From positions 930,001 to 994,000 of the forward strand of contig JAWMAR010000013.1 in NCBI GenBank assembly GCA_036785375.1: a stretch of 64,000 nucleotides of DNA, given 5' to 3'. The stretch is from Leucoraja ocellata. Lineage: Eukaryota. A program made the position numbers and the translations under genes. Shown in pieces: positions 24,911 to 35,937 of the stretch; the first letter of the stretch is position 1; each line of letters begins with the position of its first letter. Under the pieces are notes generated by a model, which ran no database searches, was not told the DNA's origin, and was given only the letters and a program-made list of their open reading frames with translations.

Positions 24911-25718
24911 ATAAAATAGTCTAAAACAAAGATAGACACGAAATGCTTGAGTAACTCAGCGGGACAGGCAGCATCTCAGGAGAGAAGGAATGAGTGATGT
25001 TTCGGGTCGAGACCCTTCTTCAGACTGATATCAGGGGAGATGGAGATACATAGATAAGGAAGTGTAAGGTGTGAAAACAGGACAAAGGGAATCGAGATCT
25101 AGGAAAATGTAGACTAGATCATTGTTGTCTGGGAGAATGTAACAACAAAGCAAACAGAGATAAACTAGCCGGAGGCGGGAGGACTGGTCGGAGAACTGGG
25201 AAGGGGGAGGGATGTACAGAGAGTTACCTGATGTTAGAGAAGTCAATGTTCATACCGCTGGGGTGTAAACTGCCCAAGCGAAATATAATTTGCGCTGCGC
25301 CTCACTGTGTCAGATTCCGCTTGGGCATCTCACACCCCAGCGGTATGAACATTGATTTCTCTAACTTCAAGTAACCCTTGCTTTCCCTCTCACTCCAACC
25401 CTCCCATTCCCCATTTATTCGACCAGCCCTGGTGTCTCCGACTACACTTTATCTCAGTTTGCTTCTCCCAGCTAACTATTCTACATTTTCCTTGATCTCA
25501 ATTCCCTTGATTTCTTTGTCCTGTTTTTAAGATCTCACGCTCCCTCATCTGCGTATCTCCCTCTCCCCCGACATCAGTCCGGAGAAGGGGCTCGACCCGT
25601 CACCCATTGTTTCATGCCAGAGATACTGCCTGTCTCGCTGAGTTACTCCATCATTTTGTGTCTATCTTCGGTTAAAAACCAGCATCTGCAGTTCCTTCAT
25701 AAACATAAAATAGTCTAA
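24911..25718. mobile_element. Penelope-like element 3' end with inverted duplicate (long fold-back form)
   Basis: 14-bp direct repeat ATAAAATAGTCTAA at 24911-24924 and 25705-25718. Minus-oriented arm at about 24930-25310 and plus-oriented arm at about 25315-25700, both reaching the endonuclease C-terminus (PSGMNIDFSN). Confidence 0.82.
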
Positions 25719-25846
25719 TTGTTTTCAAATAAACCCGTTCCAAGTCTATTTTAACGCGACTACTTGATATTTCTGTTCGTTAAAATGGGTATTTGCTGGT
25801 GCCGGATAAGCGGGAGGACCCCATGAAGTATCAAATTATCATCAAA

Positions 25847-26050
25847 CCCACCCAAGGTTTCCGTGCGGTTCCCGGAGGTTGCAGGTGGTTGCAGGAGGTT
25901 GCCGGAGGTTGCCGGGGGTTGCCGGAGGTTGCAGGTAGTGGAAGCAGGTAGGGAGACTGACAAAAACCCTCCGGGAACCGCACGGAAACCTTGGGTGGGA
26001 CACAAAGTCTCCAGAGGTTTCCGTTCATGTTTCCTAACTGGGACGGGCAT
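25847..26050. mobile_element. Truncated Harbinger-type MITE with internal inverted repeat and 10-bp tandem array
   Basis: Perfect 32-bp IR (25847-25878 and 25968-25999) around (GGAGGTTGCM)n. The right end ...CTAACTGGGACGGGCAT followed by TAA resembles the Harbinger termini elsewhere in the window. Confidence 0.6.
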
Positions 26051-27534
26051 TAAACTTCCCAATCCGAGTGGAGTTTCCGGCCGGATTCGTGCAGAGGTGC
26101 CCGATGCCGATGAACCTCACCCCATGACCCTGCGTGACATATTTCATCATGAATGTTCAGCCCGATTGAGGCTGGTTAGTGATGACTGACATCCCTAATA
26201 TTGGGGGCAAAACGTTCACCCTGCGAGGATGCCATGACTATACAGCGGCCGCTGCGGAGGTATTGTCTTTCCTCGCACTAGTTACCATCCCCTCTCTCTG
26301 TCCAGCTCAGGGCGAAGATTGCAACAATACAACTCGAACATATTCAAAGCCCTGGCCCGGGCCTTCAGACCCCAAGAATCCTTCCAGCCGTTCGGCCCAT
26401 CGAGTGAGGCCCGTTCCGGCAATGGCGGTGGCGGTGACGGAAGGACAGGAGACGGAGACTTTGATCCCGGCCGTAGACAAACACACACTTTTTGTTCACT
26501 TCACATAAACATTTTCTGTTTTACCGCTGGTATCAGTTAACTGCATTTTGTCTTCCTGATTTACAATGAAATTAATTCAATGACAGAGTCGGGGAGACAT
26601 ACAGCGCGGAAACAACGTTAGGGCAAATTCGTCCGGACTGACCAAGTTGTCTGACTAAGTTAGTTCTAACTACCTGCACCAGGCCAATATTCCTCTACAT
26701 TTTCCCTATCAATGTATCAGTCCAAATATCTTTTGAATGCTATTATTGTACCTGCCTCAATCACTTCCTATAGCAGCTCGTTCCACATATGCACCATAAT
26801 TGTGAAAAAGTTGTCTCTCGGGTCCCTTCTAAATCTTTCTCCTCTCACCTTCAACCTGTGCCCTCTAGTTTTAGATTCCTCTACTCTGGGGAAAGAGATT
26901 GTGGCCTTTCATCTTATCTTTGTCTATTACGATCGTGGAAACCTCTATAAGGTTATCCCTTAACCTCCAACGCCCTAAAGAAACAGAGTCCCACCCTATC
27001 CAGCCTCTCACTATAACTCGAACCCTCCGATCCTTTAACATCCTCGTGAATCTTTATGTGACCGTAACCTGACCCTGACCCGATTCCCCGATATGTTCAG
27101 TGGGGATGAATGGCAACATCATGAGATCGAGGCTTTACCAAATTGTGCTTTCCGGTGACTTTTTAGAAACAGTTCACTGGGAGAATTCTTGCAAAGATCC
27201 GCTGTCACACCGACAGAACTGAAATACCCGTCACCCAACCTGTGAAGACAGTGTGAAATCTGGCGGTAAAATTCCGGTCCACAGGATTGTTTTTATCATA
27301 AAAGTGATTTTTAAAAAGTCACGAAAAACTTTTGTTAAAGTGACACCTCCCCCCCCCCTTCCCCATCCACTCCACAGACACCCCCCCCCCCTCACACAGA
27401 CACCCCTCTCCGCAAGGTGGAGGGAGGTGCCCCCTTTTCCTTTTCCCATAGACCCCGCACAGACACCCTCCTCCCGAAGGGGGCCCCCTGCAAGGATAGA
27501 GCGGATGAAGAGGACGGAAGCTGTTGTAGACAGG

Positions 27535-27785
27535 ATGAATAGTGTAGGTTACACAGAAAAGCTGGAGAAACTCAGCGGGTGCAGCAGCATCTATGGAGCG
27601 AAGGAAATAGGCAACGTTTCGGGCCGAAACCCTTCTTCAGTCTGAAGAAGGGTTTCGGCCCGAAACGTTGCCTATTTCCTTCGCTCCATAGATGCTGCTG
27701 CACCCGCTGAGTTTCTCCAGCTTTTCTGTGTAACCTACGATTCTCCAGCATCTGCAGTTCCCTCTTTAACACATGAATAGTGTAG
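27535..27785. mobile_element. Perfect fold-back Penelope-derived element
   Basis: 97-bp perfect arms (27544-27640 and 27642-27738) with a 1-nt spacer; 13-bp TSD ATGAATAGTGTAG at 27535-27547 and 27773-27785. Confidence 0.88.
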
Positions 27786-30700
27786 TTTAGTTGATAAGTT
27801 TAGGAACATCCCCCCCCCCCCCCCCCCCCCGCCACCGTTCTCACCCTGAGCTCCAGCTGGGCGCAGTAAGTATAGAGATTATTAAATGAGCGTCTTGGCC
27901 ACTTACCGGAATCCCAATGCGAAGACATTGCATTGGATCAACATGTTTCAAAGTAACGATTACTTTCATAAATGACGGGTGCGATTCGCTCAATAATTCC
28001 TCGGCGATAAACCAGGACATTGTGCGGTCTCTTGTTCCGCGTTGTCCACAATGTTTATCCAAGTCCATCACTGCTACTTGTCAATATGACTCATTCGGAT
28101 CAAACCTAACTCCGCTTAAATCGGTTCTTCAATAAACTCGTATGAAACTTCCTGTGTATGACCGGCTTTAAAATTGAAAATCACATTGGATAAAAATAAT
28201 ATTTTCTCTGGTGAACTAATGAACTATTTCGCCAGGGGGAGGGGGGGCGGGGGAACAGCCTCTAAAGTAACGGGATTGCTCGTTCAGAGGGCTGGCATAA
28301 TTACAATGGGCCGAGCAGCCTCCTGTCGGATTCTCAGATTCGTCCAGCATTTCTGCAGCGCATCTGCCCCGGAGTTTGTACACAGGCTCCATCTTGTATT
28401 TTTCTTATGTCGCTTTTATTTTGCATTAAATAAACTTTCCTGCGATGGACTCGGATTACGCCCGGGCCGCATTTTCCGGTCAGCCCCTGTGGATCTACAT
28501 CTTGAGGCTTTTGGGCATTTTTTGTTCACCAACTCCTGATGATTGCAACACTTCCTTTAAGTCTGAGGAACCTTGATAACCTGCTGTCTCCATTGTGACA
28601 CTTTTGTGAAACTCTGATTTTTTTTGACGGGTATGGTCACACATTGGTCCCATAAAGAAACTAATAAATATCTACAAACAGTTGAAATGATTGAAATGGA
28701 GACAGCGGTTTAAGGAGAGGCCGTGAGGCTATGAGTCGCGCCGTTCTCCTGAATGTATATCCTGAGGTGCTGCCTGACCCGCTGAGTGATCACAGCACTT
28801 TTTTCCCTAAACTATTTGTCACTTGTTTACAAGCGTGTTTAGGCAGACGTGTACATTTAATACCATTGAATAATACACCGTGAATAAATTGTTGTACTCA
28901 ATTATCTATTATGCACCAATATCATTAAACTGGAATAAACATATTTATTTTATTAATCATGTAACCACTCAACTGTTCGAGCTCCCTGTCCCCTGGAGGT
29001 GAGTACAATCCTGGGACTTCCCACTCGCTGACAGTCCGGGAAAACGTCTGGCCCGGGGTGAGGTGTAAATGCCATCTTGCCCAGCTGGTGGTTTTCGCCC
29101 CCCGGGCCTGACACCCGAGACCTTCACCTTCACCACGGAACTGCCCGGGTGGCTCGATGTAAAATGATTTAGTAATAACACGAATTAGAATCGTGCAGCA
29201 CGGATGTGGCCATTCGGTCTATTCCTGCTGGTTATTTAACTCTCCGCCACTCTGCACTTTGACTCCTTCATGCTGCCATTTCTTTGCGGGAGTTGCCATG
29301 AAAATCTCTTCCATCCCTTTCAGGCGGTCCTGCAAAATGCTGCAAAACCTTTCCACTTGTTTCCCCTCGGTGACCCACCGCAACCCCCCCCCCCCCCCCC
29401 CCCCCCGACGCTGCACCCACTTCCCGCACACAAACTCTGCTCACCGAGTGGCGGGGGGTGACTGACGAAGCACCCGGTTACTCTGGGTTTTTTTCCCTGG
29501 CAGCGGTTCTCCCATCGGAAGCTTCGAGTCGCCGTCAGCAGCAACTTCCCTGCGCTAGCAAAATGTAATCTTGATAGTTCCTCACTCTAACGGTTTACTC
29601 GTTGAAACATAACATGTTCCCAGTCACCCCGGTTCCCCAAATGCTTCCAACACCTTAAGATTCACTAAATAAAGAGTGTCAAAGTGAATGATGGAAGGGG
29701 GGTGGAGAGGAAATTCACTCAGAATTCAAAACTGACGAGTTCTCGATGTACCGGAGACCACTATACAGGCTGGGAACTGGCATGAGCCGACAGTTGTTTT
29801 TCTGGCCAGCACGAACGGAAAGGGCCGAGTGGCCACCTCCAAGTGGCGCAGCGGTTCCACGAATTGACTTTAAATAACTTATTTAGACAAAGGTTGTTGT
29901 CATAGAAAGGTTAAAATCCGCTTCTTACAGATCACTCGTTTGAGAGGCAAAGTCGATTCTAAAGTCAATCCTTAAATTTCTGCAAGTTGAACATTTATTT
30001 TTTTCTGAGTTAGAGGAAGGAATGTCGAGGGTACTCAGTTCGACCGTTCGTTGCCCGTGGAGGTTCGCTTAGAATTGAAGCAAATGAAGAATATTTCTGT
30101 AATTGAGTCAAAGCGCTCACCCTTATCCCTGGCCTTCCAAACCTTGACATCAGTGATATCTGTGCTCACGACAACCATGAGTTTGTATAAACCGATAACA
30201 GTCCCGTCACCACTTCACCAAACGAATTAGATCCGAGGGTGCATATTGACCGCTAACGCCGTGAATGCAATTAACCAATATCCACTATGTGGGGGAGACG
30301 GGGGTTCTAATAACGGAGATGGAGGCATTTGTAATTCCCCGATACACTAACGCATTCGCATACATGATGCTTATTCTCAATATTCAGGATCATTTGTCCA
30401 GGCGAACAGTGTGTAGGGGAACACGTTGCCTGAGCGACAGTGAGTGAAATGAATATGGAGAAAATATTAAACAATTCTGAATAGGCTGCGAGTTCCTGGA
30501 GAATTCTGCAACACTTTGGTTGTGACTGCAAAGGACAGGCAGCCGGGACGCGGACAGATTTTAGCCAGTTGAGTTGTAGCTCTCTGGTGATGGGCCGGTT
30601 GACAGCATCGTTCCAGAACATTCGCCGCACAGGCCGTGGGTTTTACACTGAGATGAACCACTTTCGCTGTGAATGTGCGCCGTGCCCATACTCACACCGA

Positions 30701-31707
30701 TCAAACTGATTCCCTGGGATTGCTGACTACACCCATGTCTGGCTGCGCACAGTGTTGGCTCCATGGGTATGAGCGATCTCAGGTAAGGTCGCTGAGAATG
30801 TCCCAGGTATCATTGTTTCATTTGGGGAGTGTTGTTGGTTTGAAATAACTTCGTGAATGCAGCTGGTACTAGCTAACCGGCCTAGTTAATGTAGCTGATG
30901 CCAGCTACCCCCTTCTGGTTAATATACTGTGAACCAGCTCGACCCCCAGGCAAATCCGCGTCTAGCGGTCAATCCCCAGGTTACATTACCTGCTGTCAGC
31001 AGTCTCCCTGGTGAATGCACGGGCACCGTTTATGTTCCCCCTGGTAAAAACTACGTGCAACTTTGTGGGAGTCGTGGGAAGTTTCCAAAACAAAAGAGAA
31101 CGACTTCGCTGATTGATGAAACATAACCCAGAAATTAGACAGTAAACGAGAGACATTAAATAAAACACAACAGAACCTCTGGATAGTGAGGGGAACAGAT
31201 TCAAGCGCAACGCGATTTACAATCGGCCTCGGGCAAGAAGACCGAGGGACAGCAAAAGGTTTTTACTGAAAGTAGTAGCGGTTGTACTCGGAGCTGAAGG
31301 CTGTCAGAATGAAGCGATTTCAAGAGTTGGTCTGTCTATAACTAGTGTGATTATGTTACATGTGGTGCGATGTGCCTTAAGTGGCGCGTCTGAGAATAAT
31401 TTCATCCGTGATTAATGACAATTAGTGTAAGTGGAACAGCGAATGTAGAGCCGCCAGCGCGATAGGACACATCTTGAAGGCACATTTCAGAGTCTCTCAT
31501 ACACTTGTTCGCGTATTTCTCGGTGCAACAGGCAGCGAGCGAAAGTTGAGCCGCCAAGATGCCACAATCTCAAGGACACTCTCATCCCATTCTCACCCCC
31601 CCCCCTCCCCCCTCTACCCCTGCCTCCCAACTCTCTCCCCAGACCAATGCGAGCCTGAGCGTAGAAGCATCGGGAACATCGGATTCCTGTGGATATTCAC
31701 TGGGCAT

Positions 31708-31840
31708 TGTGTTTAAGAGGGAACTGCAGATGCTGGAAAATCGAAGGTACACAAAATTGCTGGAGAAACTCAGCGGGTGCAGCAGCATCTATGGAGCGAA
31801 GGAAGTAGGCAACGTTTCGGGCCGAAACCCTTCTTCAGAC
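31708..31840 (-). mobile_element. Single-arm Penelope-derived short element
   Basis: Near-identical to one arm plus the tail of the element at 27535-27785. Confidence 0.8.
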
Positions 31841-32399
31841 CGGGCACATTGACTTTGTCTCGCTTATCGTTGTGAATAATGTATCGTCATAAAATATCTG
31901 CTTCCGTTATTAATGTGTAGAGTGTTCTGTACCTTTTCCTGGTTTTAATTTATTTCCCGAATAAAAGGTTAATTTCTCGTGGTCAATGATCGAAAATAAT
32001 GGCAGAAAGTCAGGGCAACTCTTACAGTGTATGCGGCCTTTGAACTGGAGTGACTTGTTGGAATGGTCTGGAAAACGTAAAGAACTTCACCCGTGATGTC
32101 AGCAATAGACTCGCTATTTCACCTCTGACCCCTGCCCGCGGACAACCACAATAATGTTTGAGGCATCCCCAACTCAGCAGGACATCGCTTCAAGACTCTG
32201 AATTCCCAGAAATTCGTCCGCAGACTGTAATGTACGCGCATTCCGCACTGGGCAACTTTACGGCAACTCCTTCCCTCCATAAAAGTCCGGGAAAGTGCAG
32301 CAGAATTGTGCTGAGGTTAAGTGCCTCTGCATCAGCAACACCCCTCCTCCCCGCCACCCTGATCCACAATTGCTTTATCTAAAACAAACTGCGGAAAGT

Positions 32400-32873
32400 G
32401 CCGGCGTTCCTGGCGTCATCCATTCCGCTTCTCTAATTTCGACTAACAGAGTCGGTTCGCAGTCACTGTGATGTCAGGCAGAAGCCCCAATCAGAAACGC
32501 TTTTGCTCGGGCACGTGTTACGGACACATTAAAAAAAAAAGAGAGAGGAAAAAAATCCCTTGCAAAGTGACAGAAGTGCATTTTAGTCCAAAAGTGTCGC
32601 GGGGAGGGCGGAAATCTGGTGCGCGGAGAGCGATCCTTGGAGGAGCGGTCTGCCTCTGTCCACGGTTCTGAAACGCATTGGCCGTTATTGGCCGACATCC
32701 CAACTAGAATCTAGACCCTGTTTCAAGCCACAAAGAGATTCAGATTTTGCACCAACTTTCTTTTGGAGATTGTAGCCAAGAGTTTCATTGCCCGGGATCG
32801 CTGTTTGGAAGCGGAAGGATTTCGCCGCCGAGTTCCAGCCAACTTTGTTCCAAATGACCATTTAAGGTGAGAC
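32400..32873 (+). promoter_or_regulatory. barhl1 proximal promoter / 5' UTR (CpG-rich)
   Basis: CCAAT at 32487-32491, GC box GGGCGG at 32606-32611, tandem ATTGGCCG at 32677 and 32687, dense CpG, directly upstream of the ATG. Confidence 0.6.
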
Positions 32874-33322
32874 ATGGAAGGCTCCAGTTTCGGGGATTGA
32901 CTCGATCTTATTCCACAGGCCAGTTAGCCCGGTCCTGGCCAAAGGAGATTCGTTGATAGGCGACTGCAGATCGCCGCCAGAGATGAAAGGCGCCCTGAGC
33001 CCAGTGTCGGACATGGGCAGCGAGCGCGATTCCCAGTCCTCGCCCGGGACCGAGTGCCGAGAGACGCCACGCCGCTACCGGGCGCCGCTGGAGGACTGGA
33101 GTCACGGCCGCACCCGGGGCAGCTGTGCCCCGTGCCCCAGGCGAGGACTGCCACTTCATCCTTCCTCATCAGAGACATTCTGGGCGAGTGCAAACCTTTG
33201 GCGCCTGCGCCCCGTATTCAGCAGCGGCCAAACTCCCCAGGAAACGACGCACAAACAGGGAGAGGAATTCAGAGAGAAACTGGACAAAAGAGAGAATTCT
33301 TCCTCGGACACGGAATATAAAG
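32874..33322 (+). CDS. barhl1: BarH-like homeobox 1, exon 1 (four apparent frame shifts in this assembly)
   Basis: Joined across frames it reads MEGSSFGIDSILFHRPVSPVLAKGDSLIGDCRSP...HPGQL...QARTATSSFLIRDILGECKPLA(A)CAPYSSSGQ...EEFREKLDK...SSDTEYK, with both FIL/eh1 motifs. Donor G|GTAAG at 33322/33323 (phase 1). Confidence 0.9.
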
Positions 33323-34037
33323 GTAAGCCGCCAGCTGGTCAGCCTCCACAAATAAGAAATAATTCAAACTCGATGAGAGGGGATTTCTGCTAACATTAGG
33401 CATAGGTTTACAATAAGTAGGCACAAATGCTGAGAGTGGAGTGAACTCCACATATCATGTCCTTTCTATAAATTACAGCGACCACAGTTTGGTGGATGGC
33501 AGCGGCCTGGGTTTGGATATCGTCCAGTGAGCGTGTTTGCTTTTGATTTCTCGGGCAATCTATCCGTGTTAAAATGTGATCGTTATTTTTTTATTTACAC
33601 ACAATTCAAGTGGTTTGGACGGAGGTGTAATGCAACGGGTGCCTTTCACACTAACGAAGCATTGGGAGTGGATTCCGCAAATTGGCCGAATCTTTTGTTC
33701 CCTTACCGCCACTAACTTTCAGGTCAAAGGCAGCAGGGCAGAGTCAATCCGCCGATGAACACGGTGCAGTCTGACCCCACGTGTGACTATCGATGGATAA
33801 CTACGGCACTAGGTTCCCATCGGAATTATAGTAGCAAAAAGAATAATGGAACGAAAATAGTTGACGATTTTTAATAAGCAAATATTCCTAAATAGACCGT
33901 CTCTGCTGAGCGGTTACTCTGTCAATGAGCAAGTACCGTGACAGCTCTTGAATAACATGCTAATATTGTAATAAATAACTATTCTATTTAGAGTTTATTT
34001 CTCAGAAAATCTAAAAAGTCACTTTCAGGAAACAGTA

Positions 34038-34240
34038 TTTAAATATAGTATTTAAGAAGGAACTGCAGATGCTGGAAAATCGAAGGTACACAAAAATGCT
34101 CCAGAAACTCAGCGGGTGCAGCAGCATCTATGGAGCGAAGGAAATAGGCAACGTTTCGGGCCGAGTATTTCCTTCGCTCCATAGATGCTGCTGCACCCGC
34201 TGAGTTCTCCAGCATCTTTGTCTACCTTTAAATATAGTAT
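34038..34240. mobile_element. Fold-back Penelope-derived element with central deletion (barhl1 intron)
   Basis: 14-bp TSD TTTAAATATAGTAT at 34038-34051 and 34227-34240; inverted arms; palindrome centre missing. Confidence 0.85.
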
Positions 34241-35737
34241 GTTCATCAAGGCGCAGTTTCCCGAAGAATGTAAAACGAGGGCGGCAGATTTTAATGCAAC
34301 GGGGAGATTTTAAACGTGTCCTTAAAATGTCGCAGTTAGTTGCTTTTCTGCGAGATTGTATTAACGAAGTTAATCTTCGCCTATTTGTTTTGAACTGGAT
34401 CAACTGTCTGAAGAAGGGTCTCGACCCGAAACTTCACCCCCTTCCTTCTCTCCAGAGGTGCTGCCTGTCCCGCTGAGTTACTTCAGCATTTTGTATCTAT
34501 CGTTCAGTCTAAGAAACGACAAATTCCATTAGCCCGACACTGAATGTTCGGGGTCCCGTGACCACTAAGGGGAGGACAGGATCTAAAAGTTATTTAAAAT
34601 ACATACCTTGTCTTTTTTTTAACATGAGTGTGGTTCTAAAGGTGGATGTGTGGATTTAGCAATTAAAGCAATATTTCCCATGTTAAAATCTTACGAGTGG
34701 GAAGTGAGCAGATGCAGTATAAAGCGGAAAAGTGGATAAGGTCAGAAGGAGTGAGACAGACTGGTGTCTGCGAGGTGTGTGGTACGAGGGGTTTGAGCGA
34801 TAGCTGGCACAGTCAGAACTCATTCATCAGAGCTGAGACGAATGAGTTTCTTGCAAACCCGGCATCAATAAATAAAAATGTGCCCGTGTGTGTGTGAGAG
34901 AGAGAGTTATGAAAAGTAGCAAACTTAAAAAAAAAATAGTGAATATTGAGCGCGAGGCTCCCAACGCGAGAAACGTTAAACCTGCATCAGTGGCTTTCAA
35001 TCAGGTGAGAGACCAGAATAAGCGAATGTCGGACTGAAACGATAACCTGTCAACGTTGGCTCAGCTTAACATGAATCAAAGAATCATTCCAGACCAGTGG
35101 GTTACACTGGATCAGGACTCATTGTGATATGATTGAAACAGAACGATGAGGAAACGGAAAACTTCCCAAGGCCAGTCTCAACAGCAGGGGGGAAATGTGG
35201 CTGTTCGCGAGCAACTATAACTTCGTTTCTGCGGCTGCAGATTTAGTTTCCAGCCCTGCTTTCAATGGGAGCCGATTTTCTATCCATCGATCTTTAAAGT
35301 CGGGGAGCTCCAGTCTAAACTTTGATTGAAGTTTGTTGCTTTTAAAAAAAAATCAAATTCAGGAATTAAACCTTCAAATTGTAGTATTACATTTATGTTT
35401 ACTTAGACCAAAACTTAAAATATTTCACCTGGTTTCGGTTTTTTCTTTGTTTTTTTTTAAATTATTTTAAAAAGATGAAAAAATGTTAATAATCCAGGTA
35501 TTTGGAAAATTCTAAAAAAAAAGGGGGACTCTTTGGACTTAAATAAATGGGACACCAATCGTCTGGCAGTCGCTGCCGCGCCACTCTGAAACGAAATGTT
35601 TCCCGGCGCCTGGCTCGGGGTAACTTGCAGTTTTCACTGAGCTGACGGCGGCTGAAGTGGCGCCCACACATATTCACTCGCCGTGTTGGTACCAGTGGGC
35701 TGAAGCATTGGAAGAAACAAATGAATGGCAGTGTAAT

Positions 35738-35937
35738 NNNNNNNNNNNNNNNNNNNNNNNNNNNNNNNNNNNNNNNNNNNNNNNNNNNNNNNNNNNNNNN
35801 NNNNNNNNNNNNNNNNNNNNNNNNNNNNNNNNNNNNNNNNNNNNNNNNNNNNNNNNNNNNNNNNNNNNNNNNNNNNNNNNNNNNNNNNNNNNNNNNNNNN
35901 NNNNNNNNNNNNNNNNNNNNNNNNNNNNNNNNNNNNN
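35738..35937. other. Assembly gap (200 N), probable location of barhl1 exon 2
   Basis: Run of N between barhl1 exons 1 and 3. No homeodomain helix 1-3 coding sequence was found on either strand of the window. Confidence 0.85.

Noticed and set aside
27544-27738. Long hairpin as a miRNA precursor or terminator
   Set aside because: Multi-copy, TSD-flanked and derived from a Penelope-like element terminus.
32892-33219. Programmed frameshifting or RNA editing restoring barhl1
   Set aside because: Four separate indels with no slippery heptamer; sequencing error is far more parsimonious.
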